A DNA stretch of 63,064 nt, the filler included, from Octopus bimaculoides (taxonomy: Eukaryota): NCBI RefSeq assembly GCF_001194135.2. It is 3 parts of 3 records of this genome, joined end to end, with 100 filler letters (N's around TTAATTAATTAA, not from the genome) between each part and the next. Parts side by side here need not be neighbours in the genome. Positions count along the whole stretch, not along the records: positions 49,420 to 63,064 come from NC_068982.1; 2 more parts are not named here. One strand, written 5' to 3'. The translations under genes and the position numbers were made by a program. Of this stretch, positions 62,937 to 63,064 are shown in pieces (positions within the stretch are counted from its first letter, which is position 1; each line of letters begins with the position of its first letter). A model generated the notes under the pieces. That model was not told where the DNA came from, made no database searches, and saw only the letters and a list, made by a program, of their open reading frames with translations.

Positions 62937-63064
62937 AACATCGCTTGACAACCGATGGTGGTGTGTTTACGTCCCCGTAACTTAGCGGTTCAGCAAAAGA
63001 GACCGATAGAATAAGTACTAGGCATCCAAAGAATAAGTCCTTGGGTCGATTTGAAAGGTAAAGT
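62728..63064 (+). mobile_element. SINE family A (cut by window end)
   Basis: AGGAGTGGCTGTGTGGTAAG..GGGTTTAGTCCCACTGCGTGGCATCCTGGGCAAGTGTCTT..(TG)n..tail. Confidence 0.85.

Overview
Repeat-saturated, AT-rich metazoan genomic DNA, inferred to be octopus (O. bimaculoides-like) from its SINE families and very long (TA)n/(CA)n/(GATA)n tracts; species not provable here. One host gene is supported: four in-frame minus-strand exons (49196-48955, 48338-48156, 46465-46283, 43113-43009) of a divergent alpha-arrestin (ARRDC-like) that ends without any PPxY motif and whose 5' exons are not securely located. The rest is degraded mobile DNA: Hero, CR1-type, L1/Tx1-like, R4/Dong-like, CRE-like and RTE LINE pieces, two Penelope relics, a Ty3/Gypsy element, a Helitron fragment, DD34D mariners, a DD37D maT element, three hAT relics, a Chapaev3-like element with intact TIRs, several SINE families and several fold-back elements. 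Most unusual: a 1.1-kb fold-back element with inward-pointing telomere-like (TTAGGG)n/(CCCTAA)n arrays and an apparent 6-bp TSD; a minimal hammerhead motif with the U3-A8 covariation; a 98-bp structured direct repeat; an intronic inverted repeat in the arrestin pre-mRNA. Two identical artificial 100-bp linkers (44N-TTAATTAATTAA-44N) split the window into three joined pieces. All family calls come from motif recognition by eye; no database search was run. TE and SINE boundaries are approximate unless TIRs/TSDs are quoted.
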